Positions 11,138-20,395 of a DNA stretch of 64,000 nucleotides are shown in pieces. The stretch lies in assembly GCA_033580375.1 (NCBI GenBank), contig GCA_033580375.1_4527.1. One strand, given 5' to 3'. Position 1 is the first letter of the stretch; every line of letters begins with the position of its first letter. This DNA is from a phage. A program made the position numbers and the translations under genes. The notes beneath the pieces were generated by a model. That model was not told where the DNA came from and made no database searches. It worked only from the letters and a program-made list of their open reading frames with translations.

Positions 11138-11403
11138 TTGATATCCTCGATTTTGGTTACGGTTCTATTATAAGCCACTTCATCTAGAAGCGATTTCAGC
11201 GTTTTCTGATAAGTGGTAACCCGTTTACCGAGTCCTTCAACATAATATTCTGAAATGTAGATGAACCCTTGTTCAACACACTCTTTAAATATTTCTGCGT
11301 CTTTTACTGAACGAAACAATGTCCAGTCTCGAAAGAACATGTTAACATGACCATAGTCACGTGTGGTATTTTTGCCATCTGTAATATCATGAACTACAAA
11401 CAT
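11134..11403 (-). CDS. hypothetical protein (30.1 position)
   Basis: 89-aa ORF, ATGA overlap with ligase start. Confidence 0.55.
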   Translation of the reverse strand: MFVVHDITDGKNTTRDYGHVNMFFRDWTLFRSVKDAEIFKECVEQGFIYISEYYVEGLGKRVTTYQKTLKSLLDEVAYNRTVTKIEDIK

Positions 11404-11412
11404 AATTAACCC

Positions 11413-12231
11413 TTAACAATTTATAGTCCATTTAGACGAATCTAAAGGAAAGTTTTGAATCGTCCGCCATGGCTGCATATCGGTTGGTCCTGGGGTTCGC
11501 CAGGTATATGGAGTACGTGTTGTCGAGGGGCCACCAATTTGATTAGGCCATGCACCTGGACTTGTTGCACCAGATTCTTTAAGCAAATCCGCCAATCGTT
11601 TTAAAAGGTCTTCACGATCTGAATCTGAATTATTCTTAGGCAGAACCAAACGAGATTCAATATCATCCCACGTGTGTACACGTTGTGCAGTACGAGGAAT
11701 ATCATCACGTTCACCACGGGCCAACCAATAAATCGGTACATTAAGAATTTCTGCCGCATGGTCACAATGATGAGCTAAATCGTCAACGTAACAAATTACG
11801 TTATATTTTGTTTTAGCTAGTTCGAATAATTGTTCCTTTGAAGAATCATGACCACACATCATTACTTCAGAGAAAGCGCCTGGGAACAAAGCATTCAAAT
11901 TAAATTGTCTATTCAATCGAGCATCAATTGAATCACCTAACGCCGTTACGGCTACAAAATTATAGTCTTCTTTTAGTTTATTGATAACTCGAAGAGCATC
12001 CGAATAAGGCGCTAAGTAACGAATAAAATCAGAGCGATTATATTTTTCTATTAATTGTTTACCAAGGTTATCGTCGGTATTGAATAGTTTACCAGGAGAA
12101 ATAAATTTTTCGTCCTGAATCATTTTTAAAATATGTTCTAATGGAAGATTATATTTTTGGGCAAAATAAGGAAGTCCAGATTGCCAGCTTAAACATACAC
12201 CATCAATATCAGTCAAAATAGTAGGCTTCAT
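11413..12231 (-). CDS. hypothetical protein (30.2 position), N-terminal DxDG HAD-like motif
   Basis: 272-aa ORF, ATG start, N-terminal LTDIDGV motif. Confidence 0.6.
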   Translation of the reverse strand: MKPTILTDIDGVCLSWQSGLPYFAQKYNLPLEHILKMIQDEKFISPGKLFNTDDNLGKQLIEKYNRSDFIRYLAPYSDALRVINKLKEDYNFVAVTALGDSIDARLNRQFNLNALFPGAFSEVMMCGHDSSKEQLFELAKTKYNVICYVDDLAHHCDHAAEILNVPIYWLARGERDDIPRTAQRVHTWDDIESRLVLPKNNSDSDREDLLKRLADLLKESGATSPGAWPNQIGGPSTTRTPYTWRTPGPTDMQPWRTIQNFPLDSSKWTINC

Positions 12232-12686
12232 AAAGAGTCTCTTAATAGGTTTAACACATCAATAAATTCAGCTTCGGTTAGTATTGTATCATCTTTTGTT
12301 AGGTGGCTGGCCATGCTATGCTTCAAAATTTTTCCTTTAGAGGCTTGTAAGGCATCGCGAAACCCCTTGTTTTGGATCGCTGCTTCAAAATATGCATTTG
12401 TGTATAATTCTTTCCACGCTTCAGAGTATCTTGAAAATGGAACTCCTAACCAGAAGAGAGTCCCATGGTCCTGAGCTCTTGCATAAGACCTTCCAGCTTG
12501 CTGTGCAGCCAATCCAGACAACCCAAATATACGTCTTTGTTGTTCAACATTTTTCACCTTACATCCTTGGAGAAATCCTTCAAGACCTCCGAATTGAATA
12601 CCATCCATGACAAAAGGCCATTGGGCGAAATTACTTAATGCACATGACGGCCATTTGAAATTACTTCTTATTTCTAATTCAGACAT
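12228..12686 (-). CDS. NADAR / YbiA-like (DUF1768) protein
   Basis: SNFAQWPFVMDGIQF resembles the YbiA motif SNFAAWPIKVDG; ORF-track start is GTG, trimmed to ATG (MSELEI...). Confidence 0.5.
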   Translation of the reverse strand: MSELEIRSNFKWPSCALSNFAQWPFVMDGIQFGGLEGFLQGCKVKNVEQQRRIFGLSGLAAQQAGRSYARAQDHGTLFWLGVPFSRYSEAWKELYTNAYFEAAIQNKGFRDALQASKGKILKHSMASHLTKDDTILTEAEFIDVLNLLRDSL

Positions 12687-12897
12687 CTTTAACACTTATA
12701 ATTTCAACATCAGCCCAATGACCATAACCAGGTATACGGTCTTCGATAGATAAATTTCCGTCATTTTTAGGCATTTTAATTGACGTAACGTATGGTTCTA
12801 AACGGTTTTCTGCATAATATGGAAAAACATCTGTTACACGATAAGTAACTTCAATCATTTCCGTACCAAACAATTTCTTGATTAATTTTTTAAGCAT
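12679..12897 (-). CDS. hypothetical protein
   Basis: 72-aa ORF, 8-nt overlap with downstream gene. Confidence 0.5.
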   Translation of the reverse strand: MLKKLIKKLFGTEMIEVTYRVTDVFPYYAENRLEPYVTSIKMPKNDGNLSIEDRIPGYGHWADVEIISVKDV

Positions 12898-12901
12898 TTT
12901 A

Positions 12902-13189
12902 TTAGAACCTCATCTGAAAGCCATGTGATTTAACATTACCGCCGCCGATATCAGAAATGTTAATTTCACTTGCAATCGAAGGATCGATGTCAATTTCACG
13001 ATTAAGTTTAGTGATAGCTAAAGTATCATGCCCATTTACTGTACGAAACTCCAAAGGACATACTACGTTGACATAGTGTTTAATTGACTCGCTAGTAGGT
13101 TGTAAATGGGCCGGAAGGTCTTTAGGTGCTTTAGAGAAAACAACTTCACAAAAGTTTTTGCGGGTATCAAAATAAGTGGTCATAAACAT
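12902..13189 (-). CDS. hypothetical protein
   Basis: 95-aa ORF with SD GAGGA, preceded by terminator hairpin. Confidence 0.55.
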   Translation of the reverse strand: MFMTTYFDTRKNFCEVVFSKAPKDLPAHLQPTSESIKHYVNVVCPLEFRTVNGHDTLAITKLNREIDIDPSIASEINISDIGGGNVKSHGFQMRF

Positions 13190-13205
13190 AATATTTTCCT
13201 CAATA

Positions 13206-13221
13206 GGGAGCCGAAGCTCCC
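13206..13221 (-). terminator. terminator/attenuator hairpin
   Basis: GGGAGC-UUCG-GCUCCC between two minus-strand genes; weak U tract. Confidence 0.45.
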
Positions 13222-13228
13222 AGTTAAA

Positions 13229-13594
13229 TTAGATATCGAATTCATTAAGAACTACATCAAAGATTGCTTCGAGATGTTCAGGTTTAGCTCGGTTACTCAG
13301 GATATGACGAATCCAAGTTTTAACCAGAAGTTTACGATTGACACCGTTCCAGCAAGGATGAGTACCTAAATCACGCTGACGGAAATCATCATCTAATGCA
13401 ATTTTGAAGTTGGAACCTTCCATCGTGATTGAAAGCGTGATGCCATTTTCAAATCGCATATAAACGTAATTAGGAGTCATGCACTGTTCGATTTCACAAA
13501 CTGTACCGTTTTTGTGTTTCCATAAGCAAATAACTTCAGAAGAACCAGCGATACCGTTAGAAACATATTTACGTTCGAAGTTGATGTAGTTCAT
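13229..13594 (-). CDS. hypothetical protein (CMTP-motif paralog A)
   Basis: 121-aa ORF, SD GGAGAATAAAATG, shares a CMTP motif and upstream cassette with the next gene. Confidence 0.6.
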   Translation of the reverse strand: MNYINFERKYVSNGIAGSSEVICLWKHKNGTVCEIEQCMTPNYVYMRFENGITLSITMEGSNFKIALDDDFRQRDLGTHPCWNGVNRKLLVKTWIRHILSNRAKPEHLEAIFDVVLNEFDI

Positions 13595-13635
13595 TTTATT
13601 CTCCAGATGTTTAAGTTGTTTGTTGGTACAGGTCT

Positions 13636-13664
13636 ATAATAACATAACCTGTACCAAAGTAAAC
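13636..13664 (-). promoter_or_regulatory. T4-type early promoter
   Basis: Minus strand GTTTAC-N17-TATTAT. Confidence 0.55.
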
Positions 13665-13668
13665 TGTT

Positions 13669-14037
13669 TTATGCAACTTTAATCCAATTGTCTAAATTTA
13701 AAACACCTTTGGCTTTCATTTTTTCGATCAGGTTATCTGCTGTAATGCGTCCATTTTGATACCATGTAACATCTTCAGAGTAACCAGTTTCTTCGTCAAC
13801 ATATGTTTCTGAACGAATTTTGCCGGTAATAATAGTTTTTAATTCGTATGTGTCACCTGTGAAAAAGTTTGCTAACACAATTTTCCAAGAGAAATCATTT
13901 GAAGGACCTTCAGGGGTCATACAACCTACGATCTCAAATTGCTCTTTGTATAACATCCACTGGAATTCTTTAATTTCGATAGCTTTATAACCGTCGTGGT
14001 CTTTACATTCGATGTATGAGTTCAGATTGATTTTCAT
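13669..14037 (-). CDS. hypothetical protein (CMTP-motif paralog B)
   Basis: 122-aa ORF, SD GGAGAATAAAATG. Confidence 0.6.
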   Translation of the reverse strand: MKINLNSYIECKDHDGYKAIEIKEFQWMLYKEQFEIVGCMTPEGPSNDFSWKIVLANFFTGDTYELKTIITGKIRSETYVDEETGYSEDVTWYQNGRITADNLIEKMKAKGVLNLDNWIKVA

Positions 14038-14079
14038 TTTATTCTCCAGATTGTTTTATTGATTAGGTGGTACAAGTCT

Positions 14080-14108
14080 ATAGTAACACATCCTACAGGA
14101 GAGTAAAC
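14080..14108 (-). promoter_or_regulatory. T4-type early promoter
   Basis: Minus strand GTTTAC-N17-TACTAT. Confidence 0.55.
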
Positions 14109-14144
14109 ATCTTTTTAAACTTTTTCTGCCCTAAACGCACAAAA

Positions 14145-14162
14145 GGGAGACCGAAGTCTCCC
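14145..14162 (-). terminator. intrinsic terminator
   Basis: GGGAGAC-UUCG-GUCUCCC then UUUUGUGCGUUUAGGGC on minus strand, downstream of the small basic ORF. Confidence 0.6.
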
Positions 14163-14167
14163 TAAAA

Positions 14168-14344
14168 TTATGCAACAACCTTTCCAAAACGAGAAGCATC
14201 ATCTCGAAGAACTGCACGTGCTCTGCGCATGATCTTCTCAACTGTTTGATTAATACGAGAGTTCGACCCACGCTTGTATCCAGCGCGTTTAGAATCACCG
14301 ACTTTCTTTTCAACTGCTTTCTTTGCTTTAGTTTGTTTTGCCAT
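14168..14344 (-). CDS. small lysine-rich basic protein (58 aa), not in ORF track
   Basis: ATG...TAA frame MAKQTKAKKAVEKKVGDSKRAGYKRGSNSRINQTVEKIMRRARAVLRDDASRFGKVVA ending just before the terminator; below the track length cutoff. Confidence 0.4.
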   Translation of the reverse strand: MAKQTKAKKAVEKKVGDSKRAGYKRGSNSRINQTVEKIMRRARAVLRDDASRFGKVVA

Positions 14345-14716
14345 TATAAATTCTCTTTAAATGAAAATGCAGGACTTATTGACATTGCCTGCTCAAGCCC
14401 TCAAGGGGAACATAGGTTTTTGGATATTTAACGACCAGGATAACCATAAACCCGTCATCATACCTTATAGCTCTTATCTGTTGCACACCGTTAGCTTAAA
14501 GGTTCCGGGTTCGATTTCTCGAGGATAAGATATATACTGATGGATATATAGGCCTTGAGGCGTACTCCCGATTAGCCATCACCTCGGGGTAGCATGCACT
14601 TACCGCTATAAGAACAACATTCAAGAGGTACACCGTAAAATTGTCGGGGCGGTACTTCTAAAACATACCGATTCGCAAATCGATAATCAGACAATTCGAC
14701 GGCTCCTCGATTTAAC
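14345..14716. other. ORF-free, relatively GC-rich island (candidate structured RNA or regulatory region)
   Basis: About 370 bp with stops in all minus frames, GC-richer than flanks, several short inverted repeats and a tRNA T-loop-like GGGTTCGATT. Confidence 0.3.
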
Positions 14717-14965
14717 TTACTTCAGGGTAATAACAAAATGACGAACTGCTTTACGAGCTGCTGAAGCCAGAGGCTTAGCATATTTCAATTCATCTTTCTG
14801 AGCCAGTACATCACGAAGATCGGCCTGTGCTGGATTCAGATGTTTGAAATATCGCAGGATTTCCAGTGCTTCGGCTTCAACATCAATTGACGCGCCGTAG
14901 TTTTCGTGGCCATTATTCCATGCATGGCGTTGCAGTTCAAGAGCGTGTTGTAATTGTTTAATCAT
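14717..14965 (-). CDS. rIII: rIII lysis inhibition accessory protein
   Basis: 82-aa ORF (same as T4 rIII), adjacent to gene 31. Confidence 0.7.
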   Translation of the reverse strand: MIKQLQHALELQRHAWNNGHENYGASIDVEAEALEILRYFKHLNPAQADLRDVLAQKDELKYAKPLASAARKAVRHFVITLK

Positions 14966-15081
14966 TTTAAATTCTCAATTCGAGATAATATTTAGTAGCC
15001 ACGTTCGTCTGAATTTCACCTTCTTTCGACAGGTCTCTCAGTTGTAGGCTACCGCTTAGAAGAGTGTTCTCTTCATATAGT

Positions 15082-15089
15082 TATTTATA
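15082..15089 (-). promoter_or_regulatory. T4-type late promoter (TATAAATA) upstream of rIII
   Basis: Minus strand TATAAATA immediately after gene 31 stop, about 115 nt upstream of rIII ATG. Confidence 0.45.
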
Positions 15090-15422
15090 TCACTTATAAA
15101 GACACGGAATAGCTTTATAGTGGCATGTTACGAATTTCTGTTTAATTTCTTTAGGTTGTTTAAGACCTAAAGCCACAAATGGATGTGGAACATTTCGAAT
15201 TTGTCCAACTGGTAGTGGAGTCAAATCACCGACTTCAACAAAACCTTCAGGAACATCAGGACCTACAGAATGAACTACACATAGTTCAGGAACTTCACCT
15301 TGAACACGTTTACCAATCACAAGTCCTGATTCGGTAACTTCTTCATCACCTGCTTGAGCGGGTTCAGAAACCAGAATGACATATTCACCAACAGCACGAA
15401 TTGGGAGTTGTACTTCAGACAT
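15090..15422 (-). CDS. 31: co-chaperonin gp31 (GroES-like)
   Basis: 110-aa ORF near-identical in pattern to T4 gp31 as recalled (MSEVQ...[16 protein letters not shown]...[11 protein letters not shown]). Confidence 0.9.
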   Translation of the reverse strand: MSEVQLPIRAVGEYVILVSEPAQAGDEEVTESGLVIGKRVQGEVPELCVVHSVGPDVPEGFVEVGDLTPLPVGQIRNVPHPFVALGLKQPKEIKQKFVTCHYKAIPCLYK

Positions 15423-15453
15423 CTTATTTCCTTGTTGTTTGACGATAGATTAA

Positions 15454-15478
15454 TAATACCATACTATTCGTAAAGCAT
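15454..15478 (-). promoter_or_regulatory. candidate MotA-dependent middle promoter for gene 31
   Basis: Minus strand MotA-box-like ATATGCTTTAC then 12 nt then TATTAT. Confidence 0.4.
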
Positions 15479-15479
15479 A

Positions 15480-15788
15480 TTACATAAGAAGCAAACGTTC
15501 GACCGGAGTACCATCAACCGAAATTACTTTATCAAGGCGGAAAGAACGCCACTGACCTAACTTGGTATCGAATGCTCGAACTGATTCACGAGGTTCATAA
15601 CGAACTTCTGTTGCCGGATTGTTATTTTCGTATTTGACTTCAAGTTCGTCGCGAGAAGCAAACATCGTACGAACATCACCGTTAGCCTTTTCAAATACAA
15701 CACAATGAACGCCTACAGACAGAATAGTTTTAATACGTTCACGAAGAACCATAGTTTCTTGTTCAGTTAAAATCATATTATTCACCAC
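15480..15788 (-). CDS. hypothetical protein
   Basis: 102-aa ORF between cd and gene 31. Confidence 0.55.
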   Translation of the reverse strand: MVNNMILTEQETMVLRERIKTILSVGVHCVVFEKANGDVRTMFASRDELEVKYENNNPATEVRYEPRESVRAFDTKLGQWRSFRLDKVISVDGTPVERLLLM

Positions 15789-16359
15789 AAAAGTTTCGGA
15801 TTTGTTCCCAATTCAGAGAACGAAGATTATTACGAGAGTACTGAATTACTTCAATACCAGCTTGTTTTAGAATGTCTGCCCAATTTTCAGGAGATCGGTC
15901 ATATAATTCTGCATATACAACCTTTTTAATACCTGACTGCGTAATAGCTTTAGTACAATCAGGACATGGAGAAAGCGTCGTATATAACGTAGCACCTTCA
16001 ATAGAATTACCTTTACGAGCGGCAAACAAAATTGCATTCAATTCTGCATGGATTTCATTATTAGCAGACCATGCACTATGAGCAGCTCGATGTTCTTTGG
16101 CTAAAACAAAATTATCTACCCGTCCAAATGCTGTAGTGCCTTCTTTATGTCCAGCAACGATGACTGGGATTGGTTTATTCTTCAACCAACCGTTTTCAGA
16201 TGCATGTTCGCAACAGTTAACGCCACCTGCAGGTGAACCGTTATATCCAGTAGAGATAATGCGTCCATCTTTTTCAATGACGGCACCAACTTTCCATGAA
16301 CAACATTTTGATTCTTGAGAAATCAGATATGCAATCTGAAGGTATGTGCTAGCTTTCAT
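15778..16359 (-). CDS. cd: dCMP deaminase
   Basis: 193-aa ORF (T4 Cd is 193 aa), zinc-binding HAELNAI and PCPDC motifs. Confidence 0.9.
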   Translation of the reverse strand: MKASTYLQIAYLISQESKCCSWKVGAVIEKDGRIISTGYNGSPAGGVNCCEHASENGWLKNKPIPVIVAGHKEGTTAFGRVDNFVLAKEHRAAHSAWSANNEIHAELNAILFAARKGNSIEGATLYTTLSPCPDCTKAITQSGIKKVVYAELYDRSPENWADILKQAGIEVIQYSRNNLRSLNWEQIRNFCGE

Positions 16360-17351
16360 TATTGAACCTTATTAATATAAGTTAACAGCTCTTTAGTTTG
16401 TTCCCAACTGATGCACGCATCGGTAACGGAAACGCCATAGGACATATTATCAGAAATTTTTTGATTTCCTTCATGTAGGAACGATTCTATCATAATTCCT
16501 TTGACCAAATCATTAGCTGCTAAATTTTTACCAATACCAATTTGATTGCTATAATGCCCTTCAGCGTTTGCATGGCTACAGTCAACCATTACATAATGAT
16601 TCAGACCTACTGCCCTTGCTTTGTTAGAAGCTTCTTGAATATCAGAAGAATGATAGTTCGGGCCGTTGGTCCCGCCACGCAATACGATATGCGTATTCTG
16701 ATTACCTTCAGCTTCAACAATGCCTACAGTACCATCGACGTCCATACCCATATACCGATGAGGCCAGGCGGCACTATACATCGCGTCTGTAGCTACTTTA
16801 ATAGAACCATTGGTTGCGTTCTTGAAGCCTACGCACATCGGTAGACCTGAAGCAATTTCACGATGTGTCTGACTTTCAGTCGTACGGGCGCCAATAGCAA
16901 CCCATGAGAAAATACCAGAAAGATACTTAATCGTGAATGGGTCTAATACTTCAGTTGCTAATGGAAGTCCCATACGTAGAAGTTTACGACACAATGTTCG
17001 TGCAACTATAAGACCGTGGTTCATATCAAAACTTCCGTCAAGATATGGATCATTTACAAGACCTTTCCAACCTACGGTAGTTCGAGGCTTTTCAAAATAA
17101 ACGCGCATCACTAACAGAACATTAGGAAGACGAGTTTGAAGTTCAGCCAGACGTTTGCCGTATTCAACAGCAGCAATAGGGTCATGAATTGAACAAGGAC
17201 CTACAACAATAAGTTTGCGTGGGTCTTCACCGTTCATAATCGAATTAACTTGTTCGCGATGAGAAGCCACTTGTGATGCGTAAGCTTCCGACAAAGGAAT
17301 AATCTCAGCCAGTTCTTTTGGAGAAATAAGTTTTCCGACGACAGGTAACAT
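16359..17351 (-). CDS. class I DAHP synthase (3-deoxy-7-phosphoheptulonate synthase, AroG/F/H-type)
   Basis: Signature blocks KPRTTVGWKGL, GARTTESQ, HREIASGL; metal ligands in GPCSIH, DCSHAN, HEGNQ and VTDACI all present; ATG with SD AAGGA. Confidence 0.85.
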   Translation of the reverse strand: MLPVVGKLISPKELAEIIPLSEAYASQVASHREQVNSIMNGEDPRKLIVVGPCSIHDPIAAVEYGKRLAELQTRLPNVLLVMRVYFEKPRTTVGWKGLVNDPYLDGSFDMNHGLIVARTLCRKLLRMGLPLATEVLDPFTIKYLSGIFSWVAIGARTTESQTHREIASGLPMCVGFKNATNGSIKVATDAMYSAAWPHRYMGMDVDGTVGIVEAEGNQNTHIVLRGGTNGPNYHSSDIQEASNKARAVGLNHYVMVDCSHANAEGHYSNQIGIGKNLAANDLVKGIMIESFLHEGNQKISDNMSYGVSVTDACISWEQTKELLTYINKVQ

Positions 17352-17471
17352 AACAATCCTTAGGAGATATAAACAGATTCTGATTCAACAATACCTTTAC
17401 CCGGATTAGACAGGCTAAGTTGGTAGTGCTCAGATTTATGACCATTCTCTATAGTAATGAGATAGCTCTCA

Positions 17472-17708
17472 TTATAGTGTTCCATATACTCGAGTTGCTT
17501 CAACAAGACCATCACTGCCTAATTTAAGATTAGTAATTTGGTCACCATCTTTAGGATTAACGATTATGAGAAAAGAACGTGGAGATTCTTGAATAACTCG
17601 TAATGTTGCATCTTGGAAACGTTCAGACACTTTATTGATGAGTGCTTGAGCAAATTCTTTTACTTTAATCTGAAATTCGTGTACTGTAATTGGGTTTTCA
17701 CTTAGCAT
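17472..17708 (-). CDS. hypothetical protein
   Basis: ORF-track ORF trimmed to internal ATG (MLSENPITVHEF...) with SD GAGGAA; the upstream part is an early promoter. Confidence 0.45.
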   Translation of the reverse strand: MLSENPITVHEFQIKVKEFAQALINKVSERFQDATLRVIQESPRSFLIIVNPKDGDQITNLKLGSDGLVEATRVYGTL

Positions 17709-17736
17709 TTCTATTTCCTCATTTGTTGGTAGAGTT

Positions 17737-17766
17737 ATAGTATCACAACTCCACCATGTTGTAAAC
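17737..17766 (-). promoter_or_regulatory. T4-type early promoter
   Basis: Minus strand GTTTAC-N18-TACTAT. Confidence 0.5.
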
Positions 17767-18042
17767 TTAAATTGCAAAACATTTAATTTCTTGTGAATCG
17801 AAATCAACTTCACACTGAATTACTAGTTCAGCATCAAGACCAAACACAACAATCACATGAGCCGAGCTGGGCAACAATGTAACAGACACAGAATCCACTT
17901 GGTCAGGCACCAGAGTATTCAAAACGTAGAGTAGTTCAGAGTGGACCTTAAGCTCGGTAGCAGTATCCAGCTTATCAAAGAAATGATTTGCGATAATCTG
18001 ACTAAAAACGACCTTTACAATTTCAGAATATTTAGGGAACAT
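17767..18042 (-). CDS. hypothetical protein
   Basis: 91-aa ORF in minus-strand early cluster. Confidence 0.5.
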   Translation of the reverse strand: MFPKYSEIVKVVFSQIIANHFFDKLDTATELKVHSELLYVLNTLVPDQVDSVSVTLLPSSAHVIVVFGLDAELVIQCEVDFDSQEIKCFAI

Positions 18043-18049
18043 AATTACC

Positions 18050-18274
18050 TCAGTGTACAGTATTTACTTTAACTCGAACAACAAATTGCTCGGTCGGTTC
18101 GCCTACAGGAACAAACTCTACATGATATTCGCCTTTGTAACGAGTATTCAGGTCGTTACGAATTTCGGTAAGCTTGTTGATTAATGTAGAACTCATATTA
18201 AGTCCTACTAGTTTACGAAGCATTTTGTATGCTTCATCTTCGATTTCATGATGTTTATCGTACATAATTTTCAT
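18050..18274 (-). CDS. hypothetical protein
   Basis: 74-aa ORF. Confidence 0.5.
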   Translation of the reverse strand: MKIMYDKHHEIEDEAYKMLRKLVGLNMSSTLINKLTEIRNDLNTRYKGEYHVEFVPVGEPTEQFVVRVKVNTVH

Positions 18275-18445
18275 TTAACCATTCAATTGCCTGGTCGACG
18301 TTATCAAATATACCACCGTCCAAACGTTCTTCATGCTCATAGTCCAGCACATCAATACCGAACTGTCCATTTACTAAAGGCCAGGCTACAAACAAATATT
18401 CTTTATGCTGTTCGATGGCCTCAATCACTTCATATAATCGTTTCA

Positions 18446-18446
<1 letters not shown>
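18255..18446 (-). CDS. hypothetical protein
   Basis: 63-aa ORF, overlaps neighbours. Confidence 0.45.
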
Positions 18447-19532
<1,086 letters not shown>

Positions 19533-19533
<1 letters not shown>

Positions 19534-19832
19534 TATTTTATTCCTAAGAAAGTTTCAAGAATACGAATGTTATGCTCGCGCCGGTCTTTATTAATTTCAG
19601 CAACGTTTTTATTAATTGACGTACTTCTAACGTTTGAAGAAATAAATTTAATCATATGACTTTTGAGTTGTTGCAAATCCAACCCTTTTTCTTTAGCCGC
19701 TTTACGAAGAGCTTTACCTGCTTCATCTAGTGCCTTTGCAGCATCTTTGTCATAATTGTCAAGTGACGTTCCACGGCAGATATCAATATACTCATCAGAC
19801 CGTTTTATGTAATTCTCTAGTAATGTTTTCAT
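19533..19832 (-). CDS. hypothetical protein
   Basis: 99-aa ORF with SD GAGGAA, preceded by early promoter. Confidence 0.55.
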
Positions 19833-19860
19833 TTAGATTTCCTCAATTATCCATAGGAGC

Positions 19861-19890
19861 ATTATACTCTGCTCCCGAGAGTTTGTAAAC
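19861..19890 (-). promoter_or_regulatory. T4-type early promoter
   Basis: Minus strand GTTTAC-N18-TATAAT. Confidence 0.55.
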
Positions 19891-20114
19891 TATTTTACTA
19901 AAGATTCGATATACTCATGAAGAGCTTTAGTCGCTACTGCCCACTTGTTCTGATATTCATTTTTCAGATTAGCACGAGACTGAACTAACAAGCGGTCATT
20001 AGTCGGAGGCAAAGATTCTAATCGTTGAATCTGACGGCCATAAATCATAGCCGCCATTTCAGAGTCATAGATAAGTCCTTTAAGGTATTCATGCTGTTCT
20101 TTAGTCATTGACAT
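19890..20114 (-). CDS. hypothetical protein
   Basis: 74-aa ORF. Confidence 0.5.
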   Translation of the reverse strand: MSMTKEQHEYLKGLIYDSEMAAMIYGRQIQRLESLPPTNDRLLVQSRANLKNEYQNKWAVATKALHEYIESLVK

Positions 20115-20395
20115 TTTTCCTCTTTTAAACCACTACGATAATAACATAACATAGTCTTCTGGTCATGTACATATCTTTTTACGTCGTTTAACCAGATACG
20201 AAATTCTTGAGAGTCTTCAAATGGCATTCCAACCCATGGATTACCATCAATAATCTTTACTTGCCATTTCTGGTTATATTCAACAATAGATTCAGGCCAT
20301 TGCGGATGTAAAGTTTCTTTAGGGCTTAAGGGCACATCCTGGGCACATCCAGCCAAAATGCCAATAGATAATACAACTGCGGTTAATTTAATCAT
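20105..20395 (-). CDS. o-spanin (outer-membrane lipoprotein)
   Basis: Signal peptide with lipobox LAGC, 96 aa, start overlaps the i-spanin stop; sits where T4 has its spanin pair between alc and pseT. Confidence 0.65.
   Translation of the reverse strand: MIKLTAVVLSIGILAGCAQDVPLSPKETLHPQWPESIVEYNQKWQVKIIDGNPWVGMPFEDSQEFRIWLNDVKRYVHDQKTMLCYYRSGLKEEKCQ

Noticed and set aside
14131-14313. ORF-track 60-aa minus-strand ORF
   Set aside because: Starts at TTG and reads through the terminator hairpin. The overlapping ATG-initiated 58-aa frame (14168-14344) that stops before the hairpin is the better model.
14500-14540. tRNA-like T-loop GGGTTCGATT suggesting a tRNA gene
   Set aside because: No register gives a 5-bp T-stem, and no complementary acceptor arm lies 65-75 nt upstream. 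Kept only as part of the ORF-free island finding.
17400-17470. Inverted repeat CTCTATAGTAATGAGA...TCTCATTATAG upstream of the DAHP synthase gene, as a possible promoter or terminator
   Set aside because: Imperfect, and I could not assign a convincing -35/-10 pair or U tract, so not reported as a feature.
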